Origin: Lingula anatina
Lineage: Eukaryota; Animalia; Brachiopoda
Reading direction: 5' to 3'
Assembly: GCA_051362555.1 (NCBI GenBank)
Contig: CM120640.1
Location: forward strand, 3,162,001 to 3,226,000
DNA length: 64,000 bases
The notes under the pieces were generated by a model that had not been told where the DNA came from, did no database searches, and saw only the letters and a program-made list of their open reading frames with translations. The translations under genes and the position numbers were made by a program. Below, one piece after another: positions 16,063 to 30,844 of the stretch; positions within the stretch are counted from its first letter, which is position 1; each line of letters opens with the position of its first letter.

Positions 16063-17446
16063 GGGCCATTCCGTGGTATTTTTTTGCTGTTATGGAAGGA
16101 CATTTGACACTTCAAATGAAAATATTTTCAAAAGTAAAAAAGTTACAAGGTCCATTTTTTGTATGTTTATTCTTCTATATGTAAGTTATAATTAGGCAAA
16201 AAATTAGGTTTAAAAAAATTAAAGTTACGAAAAAATTATAATAAATAGTTAGCATCTCGGAAGGACGTGAAATGGACATGGAATTTTAACTTTCAACTTC
16301 AACACTAAAATTCTGCTCTGTCTGTGTAGATAGTTTTAAAATCAAATCAAAATATGAATATTTGATTATTTTACTTTCTCGGAGTATAAAAATTTTTTTG
16401 GAAAAAAAATAATAAATTTGAAAATTTTGCATATAAAAAAATCAAGTAGGCGTCATGGAAGGACACGTCTCGGAAGGACGTTTTGTCCATGGCTAAATAA
16501 AATGTAAAATAAGGCTAATAATAATATTTTATGAATATATACCAGCATAATTTTGATGAATAATATCAAATGTAAACATGTCTTTCCATGGTAATATATT
16601 TCATCTTCAAACATGTTACTAATTTTGACTATAAAATAAGTTCTCATCTGCTCTGATCATCTTTAAATAATATTGGGACATTTTTTGAGAAATTCTTACC
16701 AAATCTATTAATTATAAATATAATCAATTGTCTAAATTATAATAACTTCAATATTATTCATTCAAATGAAATGTTTCTCAGTTTAAAATGCTTCTATATA
16801 TAATAATTGTGAATTTTAAGTTCAAGATTATCTTGAAAGACATAAGGGTTTTGGGGCTCATTGGTCACATGACCTGTTATGGTCCAATCAAAATGCCTCA
16901 TACTTGCTTCCACTGTGCTAGGTGTCATGTTTAATGCTTATATATTTGGATTTAATTTCTACTGAAGTGGTTCTAAGCAAAAATAATTTCATATTTTGTT
17001 GGCCCCTTTCATGGTTGAGGAGAATATGAAGTTATAAGTTTTTAACTTTTGTAGTTACTGAGAAAACTTAAAAAATAGGTACCAAAATCATCTCGGAAGG
17101 ACAAATTGATATTGATTAATCCATTATTTTATAATCAAATATTTTTTTAATCTAATGCACCTGACTAAATGTAAGAAATAGGTTATATTTAATGTATTTA
17201 GCCTTTATTGTTTAAAATGATCTCTATTATGAAAAATATATCAAAAATAAAAATGTCCTTCCGTGACACTATTTTATAAGTTTTCCAGATAAAAGTGTCA
17301 ATAAAATCATAATTAATCATCAAAACCTAAAATTTCTTTTGGATTCTGGTGTCTTATGATGTCTGGTTTCAGAAATTATAAGTTTTATAAGTAGGATTCC
17401 TTTTTGAAATTTTGAGGTCTGCGGACCAAATACCACGGAATGGCCC
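16063..17446. mobile_element. Non-autonomous TIR DNA transposon (~1.38 kb) with 4-bp TSD, Sola-like
   Basis: Perfect 19-bp TIR GGGCCATTCCGTGGTATTT / AAATACCACGGAATGGCCC. CATT on both flanks (16059-16062, 17447-17450). Repeated internal GGAAGGAC motif; no transposase ORF. Confidence 0.85.
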
Positions 17447-17552
17447 CATTTCATTTTGTAGCTACCTGCTTTGGGAACTTTTTCAAGTCATATTATGAGC
17501 TATAAATAACTCACGTGTGAAATGTAAAAGAAAAAAACCCTGAGCTGCCAAA

Positions 17553-19465
17553 ATGGGTGATATATTACATTCCCAGGAATACCAAAGCTTTAGAGCAAGC
17601 GTGCCGCAGAAGAGGGTAAGATGATGAGTTAATTGTTTCCCAATGACAGTATAACCTTATAAGATAAAATTCATTACATAACTCTATCTTTACAGTAATG
17701 CAACAGCTAGAATAAGTTTATTTTTATGTTGGAAAGAACGAAAGAACAAACATTTGCTGAATAGCTATTTACTGACAGATTCAAGTTTTTAGAATTTAAA
17801 AGTCTATTCAAGCTTTTGAACCTGGTTGTTTTGTTTAATAAAACAGTTGTACATTATTATTATTATTATTCTCTCTCTCTCTTTCTCCCTCTCTCTCACT
17901 GTGCTTGTGTATGTGGTTTGACTTAATCTCCTTGAAGTACAATGAAGTATTCTACTTTCCAGGTAGCTGTAGATGATGACCCCAGTAAGGTGTGGACTAT
18001 CTATGATGCTGGTCCCAAGAACGTCCGCTGTCCACTGATATGTATGCCTCCTGCCAGTGGTACAGCAGATGTCTTCTTCAGGCAAATCCTGGCTCTCACG
18101 GCCAAAGGATACAGGGTCATTGCAGTATGTACTTAAACTGATTTGTGTTTTGTCCTGTCGAGCAATGTCCATGATGTCTAAGCTGTTTGCTAGGAAAGAA
18201 GTGCATGTAAAATCACAAAGTCACTTGGAGCAGTTTAAGAGAATATAAATGATAGCCACAAGTGTTATTCTAACTTAACGAGAGTATTTTCTAGTCTAAG
18301 AAATATGTAACAATGTAGAAAAGAAAAAAAATGTTTATATTTTGTGTCATTTATGCATAAATCAAACAAAATATTAAAAACAGTATATTTTCTCTTCTAG
18401 GTGGAATATCCTACTTACTGGAAGATGAAGGAATTTTGTGAAGGATTCAGGAAGCTTCTGGATCAGCTGCAACTTGATAAGGTTAAGTATTGTTTTACAG
18501 CTTGGTAGGGTGAAAAATACTTTTGACAAATTGAGGTACCATCCCTCTGAGATAGGGTCCTGATTGAGCACACGTTTCAGAAATTGTAGGTTTTCCCCTT
18601 AACTGTTTGTCTTATACCTTTCAGGTTCATATATTTGGTGCTTCTTTGGGGGCTTTCCTAGCTCAGCAGTTTGCCCAGTACACACACGTTTCTCCACGAG
18701 TCCACTCCCTCATCCTGTGCAATTCTTTTGTAGACACCACAGTGTTTCAACAGACCAATTCAGCCCCCTTGTAAGTGTTCTTTATCTAATTTGTTTTCCT
18801 GTGATTAGGCTAAATTAAGACTGTTTCGTTTGATTGTATAGCATGAAAAGATATTTATCTGACACTCAAGCATAGAGGCAATTACAGGTGATACATTGAG
18901 ATGATATTGGTGATATTTTCCAGGTATTGGATGATGCCTGCTATCTGGCTCAAGAGAATGGTGATGGGCATTTTTGCTCAAGGAGTTGTAGATGGTGACA
19001 TTGCAGACTCTATTGACTTCATGGTGACCAAAGTAAGTCTTCAACATAACAAGGAGTATTCTAATGTTGAGGGTTTGAATCTAGTTACCGATGTGGCCAT
19101 CAAAAGTTGAAAAGCCATGCGCTGGTGTGTTTGAAGTATGTTATATATATATTACTGTGTAAAAGAGATAAAAGAAAATTATTTGAAAAGTTGATAAAAA
19201 AAGTTTTATCTGATATTTATTGACATTTACCCACTGCAGGATAAGCCCTAAAACTTGACAAATGTGCTTAGCAGGTGTTATCAAGTACTTCCTAATTAAC
19301 ATTTAATTTTCAGTCTTATTTTTTAAATATTATTTACTTTTAATTCCTGTTTCTGTAGTCAAACTTAAATTTTTCATATCTCTTAATTATTCTAATATGT
19401 AAACTTTATTACTTTTGTATTTTGTAAAGTCTACTGAACATTTTATGGATTTGAGACTCTAAATA

Positions 19466-19507
<42 letters not shown>

Positions 19508-20203
19508 AGCTAGACAGTCTAGACCAGCAGTCACTGGCAGCCAGATTAACATTGAATTGTATGAACTGTTATGTTGAACCACAGAAGCTGCAGAATGTCA
19601 ACATTACACTGATGGATGTGAGTGTATCAAATTACATAAAGCCATCATGCATTAAAAGAAAACATTTTAAGTTATGTTTTATGCACCATTGAGGTAATAA
19701 TTTTTGTTTCTTTTAATTCGTTTGGACCTTTTTCACTCATCTTCACTGCATGTTTTAAGTGTACATTTAATGTCTAATTTCGTGACACATTTCATTTTTC
19801 AAGGTGTTTGATGAATGTGCCTTGTCAGATTCTGTGAAAGAAGAAAACTGCAAATATTATCCAGATGCCAAAAGAGCTATTTTAAAAAGTGGTGGTAATT
19901 TCCCTTACCTGAGCAGGAGTGAGGAGGTCAATGTCTTTATTCAGGTAAGGATTGTTACATTTATTTATTTTTTTTCATTTCCATTCTAGCATGGATATTT
20001 AATGTTATCTTCATTTACAGAAAATTTGTAGAGCCCACTAATTTAATGTATTCTAATTTCAGATCCATTTAAAGCAGTTTAATACCACCAGATTCAGTGC
20101 CATGGATCCAGAACACGACCCTCTCGCCAATGTGGATATCACACAAGTGCCATCAAAGTCGAGTGATTCCAGGACAACTGATGATGATGACACAGAGAGT
20201 TGA
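17553..20203 (+). CDS. SPG21: Maspardin (alpha/beta hydrolase fold). Exons 17553-17615, 17963-18124, 18401-18481, 18625-18770, 18924-19032, 19510-19617, 19804-19944, 20063-20203
   Basis: [85 protein letters not shown]. Confidence 0.95.
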
Positions 20204-21393
20204 GAAATGAACTCAAGTGTTGAGATACCAAACTGTTGGATTTAGTACTATAAAATACAAAATAAGATTGTGATCTGTTATAAACTGTATGAAGAATACA
20301 GAATTATGTGCTGTGATTAAAAAGGGGGATACTGAAACAAACAAGTGCACAGTAATCCAAGATAAATTGTACAGAAAGTTGAGTACAAGATTGCCAATTA
20401 GATAATAAGGTTGATGTGTGCTGGAAATGAAAACCAGAAATACAGATAAAGTCTAGGCGATCTTTCTATTTTAGATAAATTTGAAAAAAAAAAAAAAAAA
20501 ACACCTTATGCAGCCATCAATATTTTAATACAATGTGATGCAAAGATGCACCTTACCAGCTTATTACATTGTGCACCATGTTCTTTCACTGTTATTATTA
20601 TTCAAATATAGTTTATCTGTTTTTATCCTATCAAAGAGACTTGCTTCTGTAAAGACATGTATATAAAATTATTCATTAATTAAAGCAAGTCGCCCATTGG
20701 CTTGGCCCGATTGGTGGCTTCATCTTGCTTTCAAATGAGATTCATTTAATAAGACATTATTATGAAACTTACAAATTATGGATTAAATCAAGTTGGATTA
20801 AATCAAGTTGACATTTTATGTTGAATGTTGGTTATGGAGAAAAAATATTTTATTACATTGCAATATATTTCACTTTGCATATCTACATTTTTTTATGAGG
20901 GTAAATTACTTTGGAAAATGGGTATTGCTGGGTGGTTAATGTAGCAAACAGTAAAGCCATCCTTGTCCCATTTAAGTTGTCTGACTGTCATTTGAAAACA
21001 CATAATGCCAAGATTTGATTCCAGAAATAAATTAATTCCCAGAAGTTTTTTATTGAAAGCACAATCACTGATCTGACTTCCAAGAACAAGAATTTTGCAT
21101 TGTTACATATGTACACATTGTTATCAATGAATAAAGATAAGCAAAGAAACATCAAATCACTTCTGCATATTTTAAGATAGTGATTCTTTGGAAAAAAAAA
21201 GGCCAAGTGCATGTTGTAATATATGAAATTTGCTGCGTTGGAAACTAAAGTGAAGCTGGTAGAAGTCGGTACAAAAATCATGAATGATAACCAAGTACTT
21301 CAATATCTTATTTGCCAATTCATCAAAGAACCACAGTGAATGAACTTGAGGGTGTTATTTGTCATGTTGATATATATCTCATCCTTGCCTTTT

Positions 21394-22046
21394 TCAAAAG
21401 TAGCACAAATGATGACGTCCTCTTAGAAATCTTCGATACAAAATTTTTCTTCCATTAATTGTGCTTAGTCTCTTTTTCCATCCATGCTTATTACTTCTCT
21501 TAATTGCACTAGGTCTGTAAAAAGCCCTTCTCTTTCTGTGCCACTGCCTCATAGGAATGCATACAGAAGGACTGCTCTGTAGAATGCTGGGATATACAGC
21601 TGAACTCCCTTCTCTCTCTGCACACATAGACCCTTGTAGTAATGTCCTCCCGACAGCAGCCTGTGTGAATTTTTTTGTGTTGTAAACAGGGTTTGCCATT
21701 GAAGGATTCCGTAGTACAGTGTTGCTTACAGTTGAAACCAAAGTTCTGCCTGTGCTAAAAACTGGATTCGCAGCAATACCTTGCAGTAATTTCTTTTCAG
21801 TTAAGTCACTTGAAAAACATCTGAAATTGGTAAAACAAAATCTTCACCACGTTTTGACAAAAGCAATTATTTCATCAAGATTTTCATTTTTTCTGGAATA
21901 CGTAAGTGATCACAGGAAAGGAATCAGGCTTATTGGTCATGAAAAAAATTAGAAACTATGGGCACTTACCGTTGCGTTGTAAAAGACACCAGCTTCGGTA
22001 AAATACGTGAACGAAGCAAGGACATTACAGAATTCATCTGATTCAT
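21394..22046 (-). CDS. MRPL34: Mitochondrial ribosomal protein L34 (bL34m). Exons 21970-22046 and 21394-21820, ~167 aa
   Basis: The C-terminal YRPSAIKRSNKHGWKKRLSTINGRKILYRRFLRGRHHL is the bL34 signature. Arg/Ser-rich presequence-like N-terminus; phase-2 GT-AG intron joins in frame. Confidence 0.88.
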
Positions 22047-25000
22047 GTTGGTCGTATCTCTCGCTGCTTCAATATTGCTCACGAGGTGTCGCGTGTACTC
22101 AAGATAACATTCATTTAACGTTTACTAATTATAAGAAAGCTAAGATTATTCGTCAATGCTGCGTTTGCTTTTATTTTGTATTTAGTATATAAAATGGTTT
22201 CAATCACAATTGTTTTGACCCCTTTTCAATAGTAACAAGACACTTATGATATATCTGCTCTTGGTTAACAGCGACACCTTTTAACATTAATCAAAATAAG
22301 AATATTCATGCGCAAGAAGATGCACAATGAGTTATGTCAAATATGTTAACTTATAAAACAATAAATTATGATTTAATAGATTGATTACTTCAAAAGTTTA
22401 TCATGTCACCTGAAATTGTGTAAATTTACACTTTTCAAAAATTAGCAAAAGTTTTGTTTTCAGTGCGTAACAGGAAGTTGGTGGTATGTTGTGCGGCTAC
22501 AGGAGCAAGTGTTTGGATGGTTACTAAATGCCACTTATCATACCGGGAGAATGTATTTGACATGTAGTTGCACTTCAGAAGCACAGTGGACGGCAATGGT
22601 GATTTTGACCAAAGGAAGTCAGCTTTCTACTTGTGATGTCTTATCAGCATAACTAGTACAAAACCAGAATATATTCAAATGACATTTGGTAAGTACGGTA
22701 CATGTAACTTAATGGTGTACATTGTAAGTGATCAAAACAAATAGAATTTATTGATCAAACGATCGAATTAGTGAAATAAAGAAACAGATGCAATAAATAC
22801 ATATCATAGAGTTGACAGCTACAGCTGCAAATGTTCTATTTGACAAACATCAATGACATCATTATCATAAATGCTGTTCATGTTAATCAATAGTTACAGG
22901 TAAATCAATATATATACTTGTCTATTGGTAATATTGAGCATTACTGGCAAGTACTAGTAGTTTAAGTCTTGCTAAAAAGTTGAGAAAAAGGGGCTTGATT
23001 TCAGATAAGTGTGAGTTTAGTTCCTTTAATTTTTTTTTTAATATTGAGTATGCTACCAGCATTCTGAATATATTGACTCTTTTGCAAGAGTATGAAAGTA
23101 ATGTCTTCAGCCCCAGGAAAGGTGGATTTATCCTTTCATGTTATTTGGTAAATATAATGCCATTGAATGAAAGTCAGGGGTTCTGAGTGGAGTGGATCTT
23201 ATTTACCATGATTATCCTTTATAGATGTGAAACTTACCGGTAGGCCATAGGGGTTATTCCTTATGTAAGCATTCCTGTTATGGTTTTATATATGTGTTAT
23301 AGCATGGAAGCTATCAGTATAGATAACTGTAGAAATCACCATTAGCTAGTGTGTTTACCCTGATGCCCCAAAATTTGTCATAATTTGACATTGTTGTGGA
23401 AAAGATATGATTTGGCTACTTTTCTATTAGCCATAAAATCACTCACCTGTTTAAGAGCACCATTACCAGGCTACAGAAAGAATCCATCAGCACATATCTA
23501 ACCAGAACTATCATCATCACTCCTTGTATATGTGCCGTATATTATAGTATATAAAGAAAAACTTAAATTGGAATATTTCCACATAACTTCCGTGTTACGG
23601 TTGGTAGGGAAGGGTACAGATTTTTAGAGAGTAGTTTCTTTTCAAGTTCATTAAATTTTTCTGTGATTTTACTAGTTATTCTTCAGAAGAATGACATTTC
23701 ATATTGAAATGTTGGTAGATTTATCACATGGGTAGTACTTAGTAATTTGTTTTGCCAAAGAAATGAATGGAAATTAAAAATGGTCAACTGAAACTTCATT
23801 TATTTTATCATACTATTTGCATATAAGCAGTCAGTATTTAATGTGTGTGTAGAAGCTTACAGACAGGAAAATGTGGAAGAAAAAAATTTTCTATTTTCAT
23901 TTTTTTTATCTTTTAAAATGATATTCATAGAGGAACTGACATTGGAACCCCTCAGATTTTGTCACCTGGTCATTGTTTTAATTAGAATTAATAACTTTAT
24001 AGATCGTTTACCCCCCCCCCCCCCCCCCCCCCCAGTACATTGATGGATGCACTTTAATTTCAGAGCTTGGCTAAAGAAGTTTCTACAAATCATTTGTTAA
24101 ATGGATATGGATTTGTAAAGACTAAAAAGAAAATTTATTTTCTAGTTAAATAACTTACATATTTATACAGCATTCCAGTAAAGCAAAATAGATAATGAAG
24201 AAAGTATTTTTATATAGGAAAAAGGAAACATTTATTTCCTGTCAACTTGGTTGTGCTTTTCATGTTACTGATTTTCCATTCCAACATCTTATAAATATTA
24301 ATTCAGAAAATGGCATTACAATTTTAATGTCAATTTTGGTATGATTTACAATGGGCAATGTTTTTGTAGCCATAACAGTATTTTAAAATAATATGGATGC
24401 TTTTTTTTCCTAACTGAATTCTTCAGTAACACCCTCTACATGCCTAAAGATGCATGCATGAATTCCCAGTCTGACTCAGTAATGAGAAAAATAAGTATTG
24501 CCCTTTTAAAGTTATGATAGCCATTTTATTTAAAGTTCAATAATTGAACTTTTATGTTAAGCTTATAATAATGCCTTTTTCTCCATTCATTTTATGTCTT
24601 AACCATTATATACATGTAAATATGTTACTTTAATTTTTAACGTCCTTGCATGATGCTGAATACCTACAAGGAGTCAACTTTCTTTCTGTAAAATTACAGT
24701 ACTGTGCTAATTGGATAATCTTAAGTATTTGGCAATTATTTTACATGCTTAGACAAGCAGTGGATTATGAGAATTTTCAGGATTTAAATTTCTCATTTCT
24801 TATGAGTTGAAAGTGTTATTTTGTTGGTATGCATACAAACTGTTAGAAGCAACTTATTTCTTAGAGGAAAAAGCTATGGGGTATATTTTTCCTGCTTGTA
24901 AATGGATTCATTTTTATTGTCAGTAAGAATAGAAAAACTTGCCATGAAAGAGGCTTCTATACATTTTGACAAAAAGCAATTTAAAAAAATGCACTTTTGT

Positions 25001-25575
25001 TTCATTCATTTTGAACAATGCTCTTGTTAATTAGTTATATGCTATTATAACGTGCTTCTACCACAGTATTTACAATCTTATGGATGGTTGCCATGTAATT
25101 ACACTTTAATCTTTCTCATCTCACAATATAATCATGCAGAACAAATAACAGTTATGTGAAATGATATTGAAAAGCCCCGGTAATAGATCTGTAATCAGTC
25201 ATTACAACTGGGGACACAGTCATGGATTGACTGCATATTACAGTTGACAAGGATAATTGCTGGGATATCGATCATAACACTAAAAATGGAGGAACCCTTC
25301 ACCTTGGTTGACAGCACACCATTCATCACGGATCAATTTGCAGCATTAGGTTAACACTTTTTTCATTTTTTTCTTCATACATATTTGGCATTTGGTTCCC
25401 TAATAAATAAATGTCTGCAAGACATGAAGAATTGATTTGTGTGTCTATTTTCAGACAGAAAGCCAGCAGGGAATCCAAGGATGAGACACAAGGGAATGGA
25501 AATGACTTATCTACACAGTGTAGCCTTGTTTGTGGTTGACCTGGAACATTGTTGTCTGTGTAGGCTTGGCATACA

Positions 25576-28569
25576 ATGCCTGCTGTAGAAAGCTCAGCCA
25601 ATCATCCGCCAGACCCAGGGGGTCACACACCAACCCCCAGGGGTCAGTCCTCAGACCCAGGGACACAACTGACCAACTGTGGTTGTCTACAGAGGCGGCA
25701 TCATCGCATAGTTCCAGAACCTTTCCATGGTGAAAGATTTAACCGTATCGAAATCCGTCCAAATAGGTGGCTTCGTATCCGCCATATTAATCCCAGATCC
25801 AGGGATAAAGACTTTGAGAAAGAATATGAGACATTTCTTGAGTGTCAGAGATTGGGGCGACAATACATTCCTAAAGGATCTCCAGCATATAGCATGAAAA
25901 ATGGCAGTGAACCGCAATACCTAGCCAATGGCAAGTGGAAAAAAACTAGTCATACAGTTGAAGAACACCCTTTTTCTCCATACGCTGGGAATCAGCAGGC
26001 AATTAGTATTGATGATGGAGCAGAAAATCAAAATAATTCTTTTCAGCATCCAATGGTTGTGACTTCAGAGGAGCAACAAGATGGCAACCCTGAGAGTAGA
26101 GTTGCTACTGCTTCTAGTGTTAAAATCACTGAAAACAATGTCCCCGGTTCTGTCAGTGATGCCTCAGCAATTCAGAGTATTATAGAATATAACACCACCT
26201 TATCCTCTCATACAAGTGTCACAAAGATGAAAATGAATGAGGATGGAATAGTTGGCAAAGCACGACATCCAAAACTAGAATCTCAAGATAAAACATATTT
26301 TGTCAGTTCACCAGGGGACACTGTTCTCAGCACTCAAAGCTCCACCAGTCACGAAACCACTCCACCTGTGATGCGAGTTGACACCAAAGGAGAAGTGACC
26401 AGTCATGGCGCTGTGTTGTTTTTCATTCATGGGGTGGGAGGCTCCTCAGATATCTGGCAGGCACAGCTAGACTTCTTTGGAGATGAGGGCTATGAAATCA
26501 TTGCTCCAGATATGTTGGGGCACGGGTTTAGTGGAGCACCAAACAATGCCAAGGACTACAGCTTTCAGGCACTACTACAAGACATGCTGGCTGTGTTTGA
26601 TAAGTTTTGCAAGAAACACAATGTTCTCATAGGACATTCATATGGGTATGTGTCAAGTAATGAAATGATCCTTGATGTATCTTTTTAACGGGTTGTAAAG
26701 TACAATACATATACTGATTTTTATTTATGTAATTGGTTGTTTACATGCAACCTTTATATGGAAGGCTGTTGATGTTTTTAGTCAACACATTGCATATTGA
26801 TTAAAACAAAAAAGAAAAATTACTCTGCATTATTTTTTGTAACGGTTGGTGTAAAAGGCTAAATTATTAATTCAAACTTTGACGTAATTAATTGTTCTCC
26901 GTTGCACTTAGAAGTAAATCAATACATGAATGGGAAAAAAAAAGATATTGATGAAGTACACTGGATTGCGGAGAAAAAGACTGGCATAATGATTAATCAA
27001 ATTTATGTAGATAAACTTTGCAAAAAAGTTTTTTTAATCTGTTGAAGGCAAAGTTTTGGTGATTGCCTTCACTTTTTTCTTTCTTTTTTTTCTTTTTGTT
27101 TTTTGCCATTCCAAAACATCAATGGGGCCTTAAATGGGAGAAAGTCAAGCTGAATTGATCTCACTTGTTGTGACATCTGATAATGTATTGATTAGATAAA
27201 GCTGATTGTCCTGCATATAACTAATATGTCTGTATTGTTACAGTACTTCCTTTGCCACAGCCTTAGCCAAGAAGCGTTCTAGGTGGACGTCAAAATTGAT
27301 ATTGATAAACGGTGGAGGGCCCACACCCCTCGCCCCGCAGCCAGGAGTTTTCCAGTGGCCAACGTGGATGTTGGCATGTATCAAACCTATCCTTGTCTGT
27401 GGATTTCAGAAGTGAGTTATTCTTACTGTTGTCTGTATTTTTTTGGTTTTTGTGCAGTAAAATTTAACAATGTTATGCAGTTCTATATTTTTGAATATTG
27501 AAAAAATTTGTTTTTCACAAAATATAAATCAAATTATGCATTCCGTATATAAAAAGAACAACTAAAAATTGTCTCCATGTGTTGTTGAATACAGACAAAT
27601 TTAAATCACAGAGCAATGTTTTTATTTTTTTACAGAAGTGCATTTCATAAAGAAAGCAAGAAAACCTATGTCCCTAAAGAGAAGGCATTAGACGTCCCCA
27701 CTTACATCTTGAAGCACATGATGAATGGTCAGGTTTGGCCAGAGGGCAACGCCGAGTTCCACCAGTGGCTGAATGTACCAACACTGCTCATATTTGGACA
27801 GGATGACCAACTGGTCAGTCTGGAGGAGGAGATTGAAATGAATATGGTAAGATGCCCTAAATAGCAAGCTGTCACACCTGATGCATTTCTGTGGCACAGC
27901 TAACACATTTATGTGGCACTCCTGACACATTTATGTGGCACAGCTAACACATTTCTGTGGTACACCTGACACATTTTGTTTATTTTAACACAATTTTGCC
28001 AGGCAACATTCAATTGTCTCATTTCATGACAGTCTGTTGTGTTCAGTTTATGTGTGGGTAGACTTTAGGTAATATGCATTTTTCCAATGTTTTAAACATA
28101 ATATCACAGCATTATCCTAATTTCCATCAGGAAACATCATACTCATATCATGGTAGTTACTTTTTATTAATATTTTGTTATTTAAAAATATGATTCATTT
28201 GTTTTGACAAAATAGGGTTCATATAAAATATTTTTGGTAAAAATATATGTTGACTCTGATAAATTATGTGTTGGAGTAAATGTAGTCATTACAATATACA
28301 AATAAAAATACTGAAAACATTTGTTTTTTTTTTTTTAGGTTATCTATGGATCAAAACTAGAGGTGATAGAGAATGCCAGTCACATGGTGATGATGGAAAA
28401 ACCTGATGAGGTCAGTCAGTTGATTTATGACTTTCTGCTCCAAGGCCGGGCAGTCGTCAGGTCAGCAGTCGGCCCAGAGGTCAGATCTGAATCCAGAAGC
28501 AAGAGAACATTGTCTGCCAGTTCTGTTAGGAGCTTTCCTGGACATTTACTGAATGCAAAGATTGTATAA
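25576..28569 (+). CDS. ABHD8: Abhydrolase domain-containing protein 8. Exons 25576-26645, 27244-27411, 27637-27846, 28339-28569; non-coding first exon probably ends ~22688
   Basis: RWLRIRHI N-terminal strand, low-complexity insert, VLFFIHGVGGSSDIWQAQLDFF, APDMLGHGFS, nucleophile GHSYG, GGGPTPLAP, WPEG, ASHMVMME. Confidence 0.92.
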
Positions 28570-30724
28570 CAGAAGTTTGCTTCACATTTCAGACATGAGT
28601 TTTTTCCACAGAAAAGCGGAATTCCATGTTTTTTAATTCAATTCTGATGGTTCCTCAGATTTGTCATGGTTAGCTGTTGGGTCCCATTATAAATGTACAG
28701 TTTTTTTTTTTTTTTTTCGAAACCTAGGCTCATGTCTGATATTTGTCATGCTAGATGTGATGCTCAAACATTGTGGAATAAATCATATTTTATATTTGAT
28801 AATTTAGAAATATTTTCCTTGATGGGGACAGCAGGACTGTGCTCCAATAAGAATATTTTACAAACAACCAGAGGACCAAGATTTAAGTGTGGTTAAAGTA
28901 CAGAATTATCTCTAGTTGTTTCAAACAAGAGCATGTTTTTCTTTGAAGAGAATGAAGAATATTTCTGACCTATTTTAATCAAGTATTATGTGAAACAGAA
29001 TCTCATCATTTACATTTTCTGAAATAATAACCATGTGTAAAGATGTCAAAAACCTTTTCATCTATATTGCTTGAGTAACAAAAAGTTTTTGGACCTATTA
29101 AATTTGTTTTTACAGTTGAACTGCACATACTCAAATATTTCTATTTTTTAAAATCCAATGTCAGTGCTTTTTCACTCTTTTTATGTTGGTAAACTTGCAG
29201 CACTGCACAGGCTTCATTCACCATTTTATGAGAGCAAGTGTTCGCGGGAAGTGTAGCAGAAAACCCTTGTCTACTTAAATTGATTACATATTGAAAGTAT
29301 ATGTTTGTGTTATTGTAAAACTGTTAACTTAAAGCATCAAGCTTTACAAACAATGATTATTTTAAGATCTTTCATATTTATATTGTTAAAAAGACAATCA
29401 AATTCAATACTTGCAGTCAGAATATTATGCAGAAATTTTAGACATTTATTTTTATGTAGTTCATTGTTGAATGATGTTCAGTTATAAAAAGGAATTTGTT
29501 GAATAATTAGTATTTATATTAGTATTTAATCAGAGTAAAAAGATATCGGTTAGTAGACTCATCTTGTTATACACACAGTGACAGCTGGTAACTAAGTTAT
29601 AGCATGTACTTTCAATTTACATATATGGTAAAAAAAGGGGACCACGGTTGTTCCAATTTTTTTTTCAAATAAAATATAATTTTATACCTCCAGATTCTAG
29701 TCGCATTGCTTTGATACCCGTGCATACACATTTCCCTGCCTATTAGCTGGCAGCATTCAGTTTTAGGTCAAAGGAATATACATTTTTAAGGGAAGGATAA
29801 TAAGTGCTTAAACTACAAATAATAAAATTATTAGACCACTGTTTTATTCATAATTATACTTGCAAAATTGGAATTCTCAGAATTCAGAAACTTTCAGTTG
29901 GCTAATTTGCTAGACCAAAAGGTGTTAAAATATACCATGTAATAGTTTCACTTACTACATGTATCTAATTAGATCACTAGTACTGCTACTGATACAATGA
30001 ATTTACTAGTATATATCTATCCTTTTAAAAATGCCATTAAGGTTGGACTTGTCTTAATTCTTCACAATATCTACTTTAATAGATCAATATGTACTATGCT
30101 AAATCAAACGAGGAAATGCTTTCTTCTACATACTCTAACAATTTAAATATTTTTTATGCAAATTAACAATTAAAAAATTAAAACAATATGAAATTGTCTT
30201 ACTCCAAAAGAAAAATTAACAACTATGGATTATGCCCATAACAATTGCCAAATTTTTATAATACCCTTGTCAGGGGTAACTTTACGGGGACCTCGTCTGC
30301 AACGTCATACATAAAGATGAATAACAATGAAGAGTACAAAGCTCATTACATACAGGTGGATTTCATTATTGCTGATGGTTTAAAATCACTTGTATATCAT
30401 TTAGGCAGAATATTTCATCAAATTGACTGAAAATTCAAAGAATGCTATAGAGAGCAGAGTCAGTGGTCTTATGTTTGACTACATTTAAATATATGAGGAT
30501 CAGCTACCTTTCAGGAACACAACGGATTTAATAAATCAAGGTCATCACCCCTAAAGTTGAAGACTTGTGACCGAGTTAAAATCTACTAGTACATGCCATA
30601 CCTCAGGACTTCAAATATACAACAATTGTTTTGTATAATCATAAAAAGTCCTGAGCTTTATTTTATACTTTGAATGCGTTTTGAAAAAAAAAAACTACAC
30701 ACAGAATTCCTAAAATATATCAGT

Positions 30725-30844
30725 TTATTTATTTTTCAAATCTCCTGGCCTGATCTGTCTCTCTCCTTCTATCAGAAATATTTGCAGAGCTTTCTTTAGC
30801 AGGTATGTCCCTAGAAGTCTCTTCTGTTTCAATGTCCATGTGCT
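30725..30844 (-). pseudogene. ANKLE1: Truncated duplicate of the last 39 ANKLE1 codons (no acceptor)
   Basis: Aligns to 33551-33670 and encodes the same peptide STWTLKQKRLLGTYLLKKALQIFLIEGERQIRPGDLKNK*. Confidence 0.85.
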
